NCBI GenBank assembly: GCA_903952785.1
Contig: CAJBHC010000064.1
Coordinates: 1 to 32,046, forward strand
Reading direction: 5' to 3'
Source: an uncultured bacterium
GTDB lineage: Bacteria; Patescibacteriota; Minisyncoccia; Phycocordibacterales; CAIZLB01
DNA: 32,046 nucleotides
The notes below the pieces were generated by a model. The model was given only the letters and a program-made list of their open reading frames with translations. It was not told the origin of the DNA and did no database searches. Below, in pieces: positions 9,541 to 18,157 of this stretch; position 1 is the first letter of the stretch, and the number at the start of each line of letters is the position of its first letter. A program made the position numbers and the translations under genes.

Positions 9541-10467
9541 TTACTGATAGAACTCCGCAAAGCTGGTCTCAGCGCTCCCGCTCTTAAAAATGAGTAGCAC
9601 ATAAAGGATCAAAAGAATGGATAGTGGAATAAGTGCCATCTTGGCTATTCTGACAATCATCTTCCCGCTTGGATTCATGAGTGCTAAAAGCAATACTATG
9701 ATTATTAGGATGATGATGGTGCTTAGCACAATCGTTCTTATTTTGCCAGAAAAGATTAGCTCGTATAGAGAGATTGTATCGAAGGATGCACCCAAGACAT
9801 TAGTTGTGCTTGTCGCTGTACCAGCGCTGATTGCTGTTGTACTCCCAACATTTGTGCCACTCACGGAGCCTGTGGTTGATACTGGTAAATTACCAAATCC
9901 CATCTCTTCTTTTGGAGTTCCAAAAAGCTGAACAACAAAGACGGTTGGACGACCTTGATAGAAACCCTCTGCAATTCCAATGCCAATATCTTGATATTTA
10001 GATTTAACGATATTTGCTTTGTGAGTTGGCGAATTCATCCAAGCATTTACTACATCCCTAGAATAGTCAAAATTAACGGCCAAGTTCTCTCCCGCTGCTC
10101 TATAGGTATAGCCAGTTTGATCTATCCAGTACCATGGAGTTTTACCATCTGGGCTCTGATGGGCGAAGTATCCATTCTTCGCCATATCATCTGCCTTAGC
10201 TTGCGCCGCCTTTCTTAACGCCTCGTTAGATTTTAATTCTCCTAGGCCAAGAGATTGTCTCTCTTGGTTTGTGTCTTCAACTACTATGGAATTAATTACT
10301 AAGCCAGATAGACTATGATTTATTTTAAGGAAAAGATATTGATTAAATTGAGCAAAAACAATGAGCCCAATAATTACGATAGACAATAAAGAAACACCAG
10401 CTCCAGTCCAAAGATATGGCATCTTTTCGTTTCTGTGTATGAATGTCTTCTTTATTATGTTTTTCAT
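9541..10467 (-). CDS. Membrane-anchored CAP/SCP-domain protein
   Basis: TNQER..LGL, AAQAKADDM..GYFAH, GENLA, WMNSPTHKANI, IGIG, VVQLF; TM helices at both ends. Confidence 0.92.
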   Translation of the reverse strand: MKNIIKKTFIHRNEKMPYLWTGAGVSLLSIVIIGLIVFAQFNQYLFLKINHSLSGLVINSIVVEDTNQERQSLGLGELKSNEALRKAAQAKADDMAKNGYFAHQSPDGKTPWYWIDQTGYTYRAAGENLAVNFDYSRDVVNAWMNSPTHKANIVKSKYQDIGIGIAEGFYQGRPTVFVVQLFGTPKEEMGFGNLPVSTTGSVSGTNVGSTTAISAGTATSTTNVLGASFDTISLYELIFSGKIRTIVLSTIIILIIIVLLLALMNPSGKMIVRIAKMALIPLSILLILYVLLIFKSGSAETSFAEFYQ

Positions 10468-10585
10468 TTTATGAATTGTTTTTTACTCAGTTCCTTACCC
10501 GATTAATGAAATTATTCAAATCTTTGTGGGTTTATTATAACAAAAAACTACCCTTGCGGATAGCTCTTTGTATATCTATCTTTTA

Positions 10586-11569
10586 TTATTTCAAGATTGG
10601 GAAAGCTCTGATCTCACTTGAACAAATAATCTTGTTTGCTGCGTATTGAGTTGTCTTATAGAAGTATCCTGTAGCAACAGGTTTTTTCATTAGACCAGCC
10701 TCAACCCAGGGGGCAAGAACAGTACTTAAATACTTTGTTTGAAAAACATTAACAGCTCTCTCAGTTTGTGATCCGAATTTTCCTGTTATAGGTAGTTTTG
10801 TGCCAATTTGTTCATTCAAGAACTTCTGTAGCTTCTTAACTTCAGCTTTATTGTTGTTCTTATTTGACTTTTTCATGTAGGTCTTGAACATCTGCCCACA
10901 AACAGCTTCTTTATCTGTATCAACAGATGCACCTAAAACTGACCCCGTTGTTGTTCCAAGTATAGTTGGAAAACCATAGTAACTTCCACCTGAACCACCA
11001 CTTGAGAAGCTAGTAGTTGAAGGTGCTGGAGTTGCGGGGACAACAGGAGGTGTTGTTGTGGCCACTGGTTCTTGAGCAAAACTATTACAGTTTCTATCTC
11101 CCATGTCTGTTGTTCCGTTATTGTCATTGTCTAGTCCGTCGTGACATAGAGCATATGAGTTTTCTACAACTACATTTATTGTATCAGGAATAGTCTCAGG
11201 TGCGGTTGCAAAACCAGCACAGTTTCTGTCACCCATATCTGTTGTTCCATTGTTATCATTGTCTAGTCCGTCGTGACATAGAGCATATGAGTTTTCTACA
11301 ACTACATTTGTTGTATCAGGAATAGTCTCAGGTGCGGTTGCAAAACCAGCACAGTTTCTATCTCCCATATCTGTTGTTCCATTGTTATCATTGTCTAGTC
11401 CATCGTGACATAGAGCATATGAGTTTTCTATAACTGGTGTAGAGACATCCTCTGACACTGAACCTGCAGCCTTTGCTATTGAAGCACCCAAAATCAACGC
11501 TACTGCGAAGAATGATGCACCCAATATTAGTACTGAAAAGGCAGTTACCTTAATATTTTTTGTAAACAT
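10586..11569 (-). CDS. Secreted protein with three Cys/Asp-rich repeats and a C-terminal peptidoglycan-binding domain
   Basis: Signal peptide; 3x CHDGLDNDNNGTTDMGDRNC; EVKKLQKFLN..ITGKFGSQTERAVNVFQ resembles PG_binding_1. Confidence 0.85.
   Translation of the reverse strand: MFTKNIKVTAFSVLILGASFFAVALILGASIAKAAGSVSEDVSTPVIENSYALCHDGLDNDNNGTTDMGDRNCAGFATAPETIPDTTNVVVENSYALCHDGLDNDNNGTTDMGDRNCAGFATAPETIPDTINVVVENSYALCHDGLDNDNNGTTDMGDRNCNSFAQEPVATTTPPVVPATPAPSTTSFSSGGSGGSYYGFPTILGTTTGSVLGASVDTDKEAVCGQMFKTYMKKSNKNNNKAEVKKLQKFLNEQIGTKLPITGKFGSQTERAVNVFQTKYLSTVLAPWVEAGLMKKPVATGYFYKTTQYAANKIICSSEIRAFPILK
11087..11429 (-). repeat. Intragenic tandem repeat, 132-nt (44-aa) period, about 2.6 copies
   Basis: GTGACATAGAGCATATGAGTTTTCTA recurs at 11141, 11273 and 11405. 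Confidence 0.95.
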
Positions 11570-11633
11570 ATAATAAATTTAAATTTTGGCTAATACCAGC
11601 ATAGTACCACTAAAGATAAAATAGTCAAGAAAA

Positions 11634-11665
11634 ATTGCCCGACTCCTGGGGTGGAGCCGAGCAAT
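11634..11665 (-). terminator. Hairpin + U-tract downstream of 11695-12582
   Basis: Minus strand ATTGCTCGGCTCC-acccca-GGAGTCGGGCAAT-TTTT; G-U pairs favour the minus strand. Confidence 0.75.
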
Positions 11666-11694
11666 ATTACCGGTGTGACCGGCACTTTTTGACG

Positions 11695-12582
11695 TTACGG
11701 GGACGTCTTGGGTATCTGGACGTAGCGGGCGAAACGCTTCCCGATCTTGGGTACCCCTGGAATCTCGGTGGTTTCCGGCATTAAAGCCATGATATTCAGT
11801 GGAAGAGTAGGCCTGGATGACGGAATTACGACGTTTGGCGCCGTGACCCAATTCACCAGATCATTACTGACCTGAAGCTCCACGAGGCACGGAACCTGCT
11901 TTGAAGGATCGGTTGGCGCCACATATTCAAGCAGTCCATCCGTCATCCGGACCAAAACCTCGGTATCCGACTGGGTCAGAGTCTTGTTATAAGTCACCCC
12001 ACCGTACGTGTACGAGATGGAGATGTTGTAAACCAAACTGTAATAGTGTCCTGATAGGCCGAGCAACGGCCGGTCTGGGGTCCCGAGTGTGGTGGTCTGA
12101 TCCAACAATTGAAACCGTGACATTGTTGGGATGGTAGTCCCGCTGTTGTCTCCCAAGTATCCGGCAACGAAGCCAGAGGTTGGAGTAACATCGTTGCCGA
12201 CCGAGTCAAAGACGTAATAGTCTGGCGACCCTTGCGGGGCCGGATGGTACGAGCCGATTGGGACGTCCTTCCAAACGACAGCGCCGTTCTGGATGAGGGT
12301 GTATTCGAAGCGCCCGAACTTCACATCGGTGACATTCACAGGTGTACCATCGGCGGACTGAAACTCAATCTGCAGACCAGTGCCCAAGCGAACGATCTTC
12401 TGTGGAACAGCGTTTTGTGCTGGAGTAATTTTCGCCCTCCAGCTACTGGACTAGCTACCCGAGGGCGACCCGTTGATGGCAACACCGCTTTTCACGACGG
12501 GGTTGATTGGGGATGTCACATCAGCCGAGGCCAAAGTGACGAGTGACAAAAAGGCAATTAAGCCTTGAATTGTTTTTTTCAT
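11695..12582 (-). pseudogene. Secreted protein gene (295 codons) interrupted by one in-frame TAG at codon 44
   Basis: ATG at 12582 gives signal peptide MKKTIQGLIAFLSLVTLASA in the same frame as ORF 11695-12387; the only interruption is TAG at 12453-12451. Confidence 0.75.
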
Positions 12583-12851
12583 GGTTCTAATCTAATGGTT
12601 GTGTTGTGTGTTTCTGAATCGTCTTTGTCTGAGTGGACCACATAGAAGTCCATTAACAACAATACATACATTTTTAGAAAAGTCAATGACTTTTCCTTGA
12701 ATTCTGATTTTAAATCAATTGTATTAAAGAGATTCACCCCAGCTCTCGCGAGCCGGGGTGGGTTTGGGTTGAGTGGTGCAAGACCACGTTTTAATACTAT
12801 GTTATCACTACTCTTGCTAAACAGCACCTCTTGGTTGCTTGCCTTGCATCC

Positions 12852-14099
12852 CTACTGCCATTTGCTGATCCGGTAGAAGAACTTAGGTGCACCCTTATCT
12901 TTATCATAGACCCGCAGTGACTGATCACCAACAGTTCCGGTGTACAGGTTACTGTTGGAATCAATAGCAACAATTTTTCTACCATCACCTGACAGACGGA
13001 CGCAGGTCCAACTAAAGGTGCGGTCCGAACTGAAGTAGCCCGTGAGACCAAAATCTTCCGATATAAGCAATCGGCTGGCATGGTCTCCAATTGCTACCAA
13101 GTTTGTCCCGACAGAATCCATAGACAGCGAGCCAAAACCTGCATCAGTCCAACCGTTGTCTGTCCATGTAATACCGCTATCAAGTGATTTTCGGATTGGC
13201 CCGCCGGCGCCACTGACTACAGCATATTTACTGCCATTTCCTGAAATCGCAATTGATGACCAGAAATAGCTATGCGTATAGTCAATATCGTTAACAACGC
13301 CATCCAATGGATTAGGTATCCTATTCAGCGTGTTTCCTCCGTCAGGAGATACCCAGACAGAACCACCATTGACTGTGGCGCCAAGCTTTAAGCCAGAGCC
13401 GTCAGAATCAATGGATGACCAGTTGGATCGGCCAGTTGATGTTCTTTCAATCCATGTGGTACCAAAGTCCGTGGATGTATGGATATAATCTTCCTGAGCA
13501 ACCGCAGCCAACCGTACACCACCATTGGATATGGTGACGCCAGTCCAACTGTGTATTCCAGACGAAGATCTCTCTACCCATGTATTGCCAGAATCACTAG
13601 AAGTGTATATATAGCCACCGTACACCGTTGCAACAAGGTAGGTGCCAGTTGGGTCAGAATCAACAAACCCCCACGATCTCATGCCGGCATTTAATCTTTC
13701 GACAAAGGTATTTCCAGAGTCTGTAGAGGTGTAGATGTAGCCAAGGCTTGTGATAGCCACAAGTTTGGTACCGTCATAAGAAGGGGTTACAAACCTCCAG
13801 CCCTTCTTCAACTCAGATGTTGTCATAGACGGCCCGGACGCAAACCCTTCTAATGACCAATTGATCAGGTCCGTGGATTTTTCCACCTGATAGAAGGCCA
13901 TCGGTTTTGAAACCCACCGAAGCATTGCAGGTTTTGAATCCGCGGGTGGTGAGTAGACTACCTTCATCGTACTTACATCCTGCCCTTCCGCTCTAGAACT
14001 CACGCGGAGCAATGGAGAGCAGAGAGTAAGGACTGTCATGACAAGCCATGCAAATGTGCTCGCGCACTTTCCATTCTTTGTTCTTTTTTCAATTTTCAT
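12852..14099 (-). CDS. Secreted BNR/Asp-box beta-propeller protein
   Basis: Signal peptide; repeated SxDxGxxW/F boxes (TSTDSGNTF, TSSDSGNTW, TSTDFGTTW, KSLDSGITW). Confidence 0.85.
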   Translation of the reverse strand: MKIEKRTKNGKCASTFAWLVMTVLTLCSPLLRVSSRAEGQDVSTMKVVYSPPADSKPAMLRWVSKPMAFYQVEKSTDLINWSLEGFASGPSMTTSELKKGWRFVTPSYDGTKLVAITSLGYIYTSTDSGNTFVERLNAGMRSWGFVDSDPTGTYLVATVYGGYIYTSSDSGNTWVERSSSGIHSWTGVTISNGGVRLAAVAQEDYIHTSTDFGTTWIERTSTGRSNWSSIDSDGSGLKLGATVNGGSVWVSPDGGNTLNRIPNPLDGVVNDIDYTHSYFWSSIAISGNGSKYAVVSGAGGPIRKSLDSGITWTDNGWTDAGFGSLSMDSVGTNLVAIGDHASRLLISEDFGLTGYFSSDRTFSWTCVRLSGDGRKIVAIDSNSNLYTGTVGDQSLRVYDKDKGAPKFFYRISKWQ

Positions 14100-14324
14100 T
14101 CGTTCTGTTTCTTTCTATCGTTTTTTTGTTGTTCGATTTGTTTTGTCTTTTCAGTTTCAGCTTAAGCTTTTGAGCCCAGCCCTTTGTTCAGAGTGGACAG
14201 AAAGTCCAGACATAAGAATACACTAAATATTCAAAAAGTCACCCCAGATTGAATTACTACGATTTGGGAGAATCGCCTACTGGGTGATTTTGGAGAATCA
14301 CAACTAGGTGCTATAATAAAAAAA

Positions 14325-14441
14325 ATGATTAAGAAGATCATCTTAATTTTCTTGCTGGTTCTACTTCTTGTGTTTCTTTATTTTTTCTTTAATTCAAATG
14401 AAAATCTAAATGCCTATATTAATAAATATTCCAAAAATTAG
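14325..14441 (+). CDS. 38-aa single-TM peptide or truncated gene
   Basis: TGC-TATAAT (14309-14317), 7 nt before the ATG; MIKKIILIFLLVLLLVFLYFFFNS... Confidence 0.45.
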   Translation: MIKKIILIFLLVLLLVFLYFFFNSNENLNAYINKYSKN

Positions 14442-14567
14442 CACAATGCCAGAAGAAAGTAATGGCGTAAATGAAGATCAGGAATTAATAGTGATTTTTT
14501 GTGGTGTAATTATACTTATATAAATAGGAAATTTCGATTTTATTTGATAAAGTGCCTTAAATTTCCA

Positions 14568-15137
14568 CTATATCTCCATCTCTTTATTAGAGAAAGGTTT
14601 GATCAAATTATCTAAATAACAAGCAGGATCTTCGCATGGCCAATCATATAATCTGATATTTGCTATATTTTTAGAATTGTAGGAATTCATTATGTATCTT
14701 TGATGCAAACTTGAATATTTCCAATCCAAGACATTATCTACAAATCCAGCAGTGAGAGGGTTTCTTTCAACATACCTAATAACAGTTTCAAGATGCTTTT
14801 GATCTTTTATTAAGAATGATTTAAATCTACCTTGGTATAAATGCCCTGTTCCAGTTGTATTATTATCTTTATGACACCTTTGTGTATGAACCACCGTCAG
14901 CCATTTCATAAAATGTGACAGCTCTTTATCATATCTTGTCTTTATCACGATATGAAAATGATTGTTCATTACAACATAAGCTACAATATCTGTGTCAAAC
15001 ATCTCTTGCGCATCTGATAAAACATTCATAAATAACGCAAAGTCTTTCTCAACGAAATTTATTTTTAGCCTTGCGTTGGCCCTATTTATATAATGATAAT
15101 ATCTATCTGCGATATCTATTCTTGGTTGTCTTGTCAT
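14568..15137 (-). CDS. REP-associated tyrosine transposase (RAYT, HUH Y1 family)
   Basis: MTRQPR..YYHYINRAN, AYVVMNNHFHI (HUH), GHLYQGRFKS, RYVERNP (catalytic Tyr), WKYSS; ATG at 15137. Confidence 0.93.
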   Translation of the reverse strand: MTRQPRIDIADRYYHYINRANARLKINFVEKDFALFMNVLSDAQEMFDTDIVAYVVMNNHFHIVIKTRYDKELSHFMKWLTVVHTQRCHKDNNTTGTGHLYQGRFKSFLIKDQKHLETVIRYVERNPLTAGFVDNVLDWKYSSLHQRYIMNSYNSKNIANIRLYDWPCEDPACYLDNLIKPFSNKEMEI

Positions 15138-15232
15138 CCCTATATAATAAACATATCGACATGAAATAAACCCGAAGATTTTATAAAGAATTAACAAACA
15201 ACAACATTACAACATCTTTTTTACATCATGTA

Positions 15233-15289
15233 TGGGGTCAGGCCCCAATTAAGACATGATTTATGAAAAAGGTGTGGGGCCTGACCCCA
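15233..15289. repeat. REP-like doublet (perfect 15-bp inverted repeat, each arm itself palindromic)
   Basis: TGGGGTCAGGCCCCA (15233-15247) and TGGGGCCTGACCCCA (15275-15289) with a 27-nt spacer, upstream of the RAYT. Confidence 0.85.
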
Positions 15290-15292
15290 AGA

Positions 15293-16804
15293 CTAAATGG
15301 CCAAATGATCACTATCGCCCATAAAAATAGTTCTGTTCTCGCTTGTCATGTTTTTCATAAATTTATTGATTCTCTCATCAATCATAATATGACGCCTAAT
15401 CAAAGGAGTTTTCAATATCATACCTTCCAGACTTCTGCATCTACTGAGCGCAACATATGCCTGACCATGAGTGAATGTTCCCCTACCAAAATCAACTATT
15501 ACATTATTGTATGTCTTCCCTTGTCCCTTGTGAATTGTGATTGCCCAAGCAAGTCTAATTGGAAACTGTGCAAATGTTCCAATGACATCCGTATCAACGG
15601 AGTCAAAATCTTTATCATATGAAAATTTAACCATCTCCCAAGTATATTTTGGAACGAGCGCTTCTACGCCATTTTCTAGTCTCACGTAAATTTCTTGTTT
15701 ATATTCATTTATCTTTGTAACAGTTCCAAGATCTCCATTAACCCATCTCCCCTCTTTGTCATTATTGAGCATCATGATTCTAGCGTTCTCCTTAAGAGCC
15801 AAATCTTCATTGGTTGGCAAATTTCTCTCAAACATTCCGCTTTTCTTGCCTTTAAAAATTATTTTATTTGACTCCAACTCATTTAATTTTCCATTATTAA
15901 TTGCATCTGCCATTGCATTGGTTGTAACAAGAAAAATATAATCATTAAATATCGATGGATCAAGGTTTTCATCCATTGGATCTTGATGTCTTTTATTCAA
16001 TAAGTCCAAATGTGAGTCTCTAATATTTCCACTTCTAATTCCTTCCAAAATATCTATGAATTTACTATCATCCTGTCTATAAATTTTATTTAGTTCAATT
16101 AATTTAAAATCCGCATCAATAAAAACTTTTGAATCAAAAAAGTATGGACTTTTATAGTACGATGAAAACATCTCCTCCTCATAACTGGTTACAACTGGTG
16201 GAAGTTGAAATAAATCCCCCACTGCAATAATTTGTACACCTCCAAATGGTAAGTTTTTATTTTTACCATTCAAACGCATGAACATATCAACACAATCAAG
16301 AAGATCTGCTCTAACCATTGAAATCTCATCAATGATTATTGAATCTAGGTTTTTATAAATTGCAGTACTCCCTGTCGCTTTTTTAATTGAAACAGGGCTG
16401 ACGTTTATTCCAAATTTAAAGAATGAATGAATTGTTTGACCTCCAATGTTCACAGCTGAAACTCCAGTTGGAGCAAGAATCACAACTTTCTTTTTTGTAT
16501 TTTCTTTAAAATATTTTAAGAGCGTAGTCTTACCTGTCCCCGCCTTCCCTGTTAAAAAGATATTTTGTGATGTACTCTCCATGGAATTTAGCGCCATGAG
16601 TGTTTCATCACTCAACTCTATTTTTTCACCATTTATATAAAATCCATCTTTTTTAGAAACTCCTCCACCCCCTTCTGCTTCTGCTTTTTCTTTTGCAATT
16701 TTGGCTAAAGTTTTTTTAAAGGTCTCCGTTTTTGAAGGGCCCGCTTTTTTCTTGGCGCCGCCGTCTGTGTATTTTTTAAATTTAGAGTATGAGGAAAATG
16801 CCAT
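15293..16804 (-). CDS. PIF1/RecD-like SF1B DNA helicase
   Basis: FLTGKAGTGKT, LAPTG, GQTIHSFF, IIDEISM, PFGG, GDLFQLPPV, QFPIRLAWAITIHKGQG, YVALSR; ATG at 16804 sits 7 nt after TGA-TATAAT. Confidence 0.93.
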   Translation of the reverse strand: MAFSSYSKFKKYTDGGAKKKAGPSKTETFKKTLAKIAKEKAEAEGGGGVSKKDGFYINGEKIELSDETLMALNSMESTSQNIFLTGKAGTGKTTLLKYFKENTKKKVVILAPTGVSAVNIGGQTIHSFFKFGINVSPVSIKKATGSTAIYKNLDSIIIDEISMVRADLLDCVDMFMRLNGKNKNLPFGGVQIIAVGDLFQLPPVVTSYEEEMFSSYYKSPYFFDSKVFIDADFKLIELNKIYRQDDSKFIDILEGIRSGNIRDSHLDLLNKRHQDPMDENLDPSIFNDYIFLVTTNAMADAINNGKLNELESNKIIFKGKKSGMFERNLPTNEDLALKENARIMMLNNDKEGRWVNGDLGTVTKINEYKQEIYVRLENGVEALVPKYTWEMVKFSYDKDFDSVDTDVIGTFAQFPIRLAWAITIHKGQGKTYNNVIVDFGRGTFTHGQAYVALSRCRSLEGMILKTPLIRRHIMIDERINKFMKNMTSENRTIFMGDSDHLAI

Positions 16805-16897
16805 AGCTAGAATTATATCATACCCCACAGAACTCCACTCTTAAAATTATCCAAAATGTGGTTTATAAAATGAAATAATAAAGCAATAAACAAAATG

Positions 16898-16937
16898 GCG
16901 CGCCAATAAGTACTATACCCAGTACTTATTGGCGCGC
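16898..16937 (-). terminator. 17-bp perfect hairpin downstream of 17016-17390
   Basis: GCGCGCCAATAAGTACT-ataccc-AGTACTTATTGGCGCGC. Confidence 0.7.
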
Positions 16938-17015
16938 TGATGAATAACGAGACCTCTACCCCTTCATGGAAATATTGGGATTGGATCTAATTCTCCTGAC
17001 AGATCAGGCATTTCA

Positions 17016-17390
17016 TTAAACACCCTCATCTTCAGGGTCGATGACGGGAGAAAGATCTGCCATCAAGAGTGCTTGAAAGAACTCCGCGTCCGCCTTTTTA
17101 GCCTTCAATTCAATTTCGCTGTGTGTCCATGGGATATTGTGCTCAGTCGCACACAGTTGCAACCTAACAATCGTCTCATGCCCAATTCCAGGGAGAAAAG
17201 AGACCGTGTGTGTTCCAAGCCTAGCCAAGTCTCCTAGGGTCTTCAGCTCAATACCCTGATTTTTTGCATAATTCCTGATTCCCCTTTTTACATTCTTGTT
17301 CAAGCCGAGGCTTCTAATGCTGGGGTCTGATGATGACTGTTTTCGCGGCCCTCGCCCCTTATGTTTCCTGCGGTGCTTATTATGGATCAT
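17016..17390 (-). CDS. Stand-alone RNA polymerase alpha-CTD-like (HhH) protein
   Basis: SIRSLGL...GIELKTLGDL...LPGIGHETI pattern; promoter TTGACA-16-TACTAT at 17459-17486. Confidence 0.62.
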   Translation of the reverse strand: MIHNKHRRKHKGRGPRKQSSSDPSIRSLGLNKNVKRGIRNYAKNQGIELKTLGDLARLGTHTVSFLPGIGHETIVRLQLCATEHNIPWTHSEIELKAKKADAEFFQALLMADLSPVIDPEDEGV

Positions 17391-17649
17391 TTACTTAGAT
17401 AGTTTCAGTTTTCCAAGAGCTCTTCCTCACACGTCTCGCGCAAGGGTTGCCCAGATAAATAGTAGACTAAAAATAACAGCTGTCAACAAAAAAAGGATAT
17501 AATAAGAAATTTCGTAAATCAAATTCTTTACAAAAACAGAAAACAGAAGACCCCACCAACTCTTGGCAGTAAAGCGGTAAGATTTACTGTTGAGTCGCGG
17601 TGGGGCGTGGCTTTGAGGCCTTTATCCAAAAAAAACAACCAAATCACTG

Positions 17650-17814
17650 CTAACGTGCCAAAAAAGCACGTTTTGCAAGAAAATCATCTTGACCAGCCGG
17701 AAAGTTTCCCCGCACCGTTCTAATATCCTGTGGTGGTTTTTTTGAAGACTTCGTTTTTCTACGAGTTCCCTTTCGATCTTCTAAATCTTGACTGAAATAC
17801 ATTTTGTTGCTCAT
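17650..17814 (-). CDS. 54-aa basic ORF or gene remnant
   Basis: MSNKMYFSQDLEDRKG...; followed by a long hairpin at about 17551-17605, like neighbouring orphan genes. Confidence 0.3.
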   Translation of the reverse strand: MSNKMYFSQDLEDRKGTRRKTKSSKKPPQDIRTVRGNFPAGQDDFLAKRAFLAR

Positions 17815-18157
17815 TGTTTCAATTCCTAGTTTGGTTTGGTTTATTTTATTTCTAAATTAATAACTACACTTTTCAAGATATTTTAATAAATACCCTCAAA
17901 GATGTAGTCAAATAAAAAAATAACCAACATCAAAATGTTCAATTTCATCACAACATTATCACATTGTAAACAACTGTCAACATGTAGGTACAAATTTAAG
18001 TTTCTTTGTCCGTATAACTTCCTAGTGTGGTATAATTAACTTATTAAAACTTAATCAAAATATTATACCTCCACAAGAAATAAAAATAGGAAAATTTAAG
18101 GCCAGCAGAATTATCGTTAAAGAATCATGGAATGTTTTAAAACAAGATAAAGAAATA

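Noticed and set aside
11087-11429. Possible CRISPR array
   Set aside because: Whole 132-nt units repeat in frame inside a CDS; there are no unique spacers or cas genes.
12451-12453. Genome-wide amber recoding
   Set aside because: lysS, rpmA, recR and rplU terminate at TAG at their expected ends.
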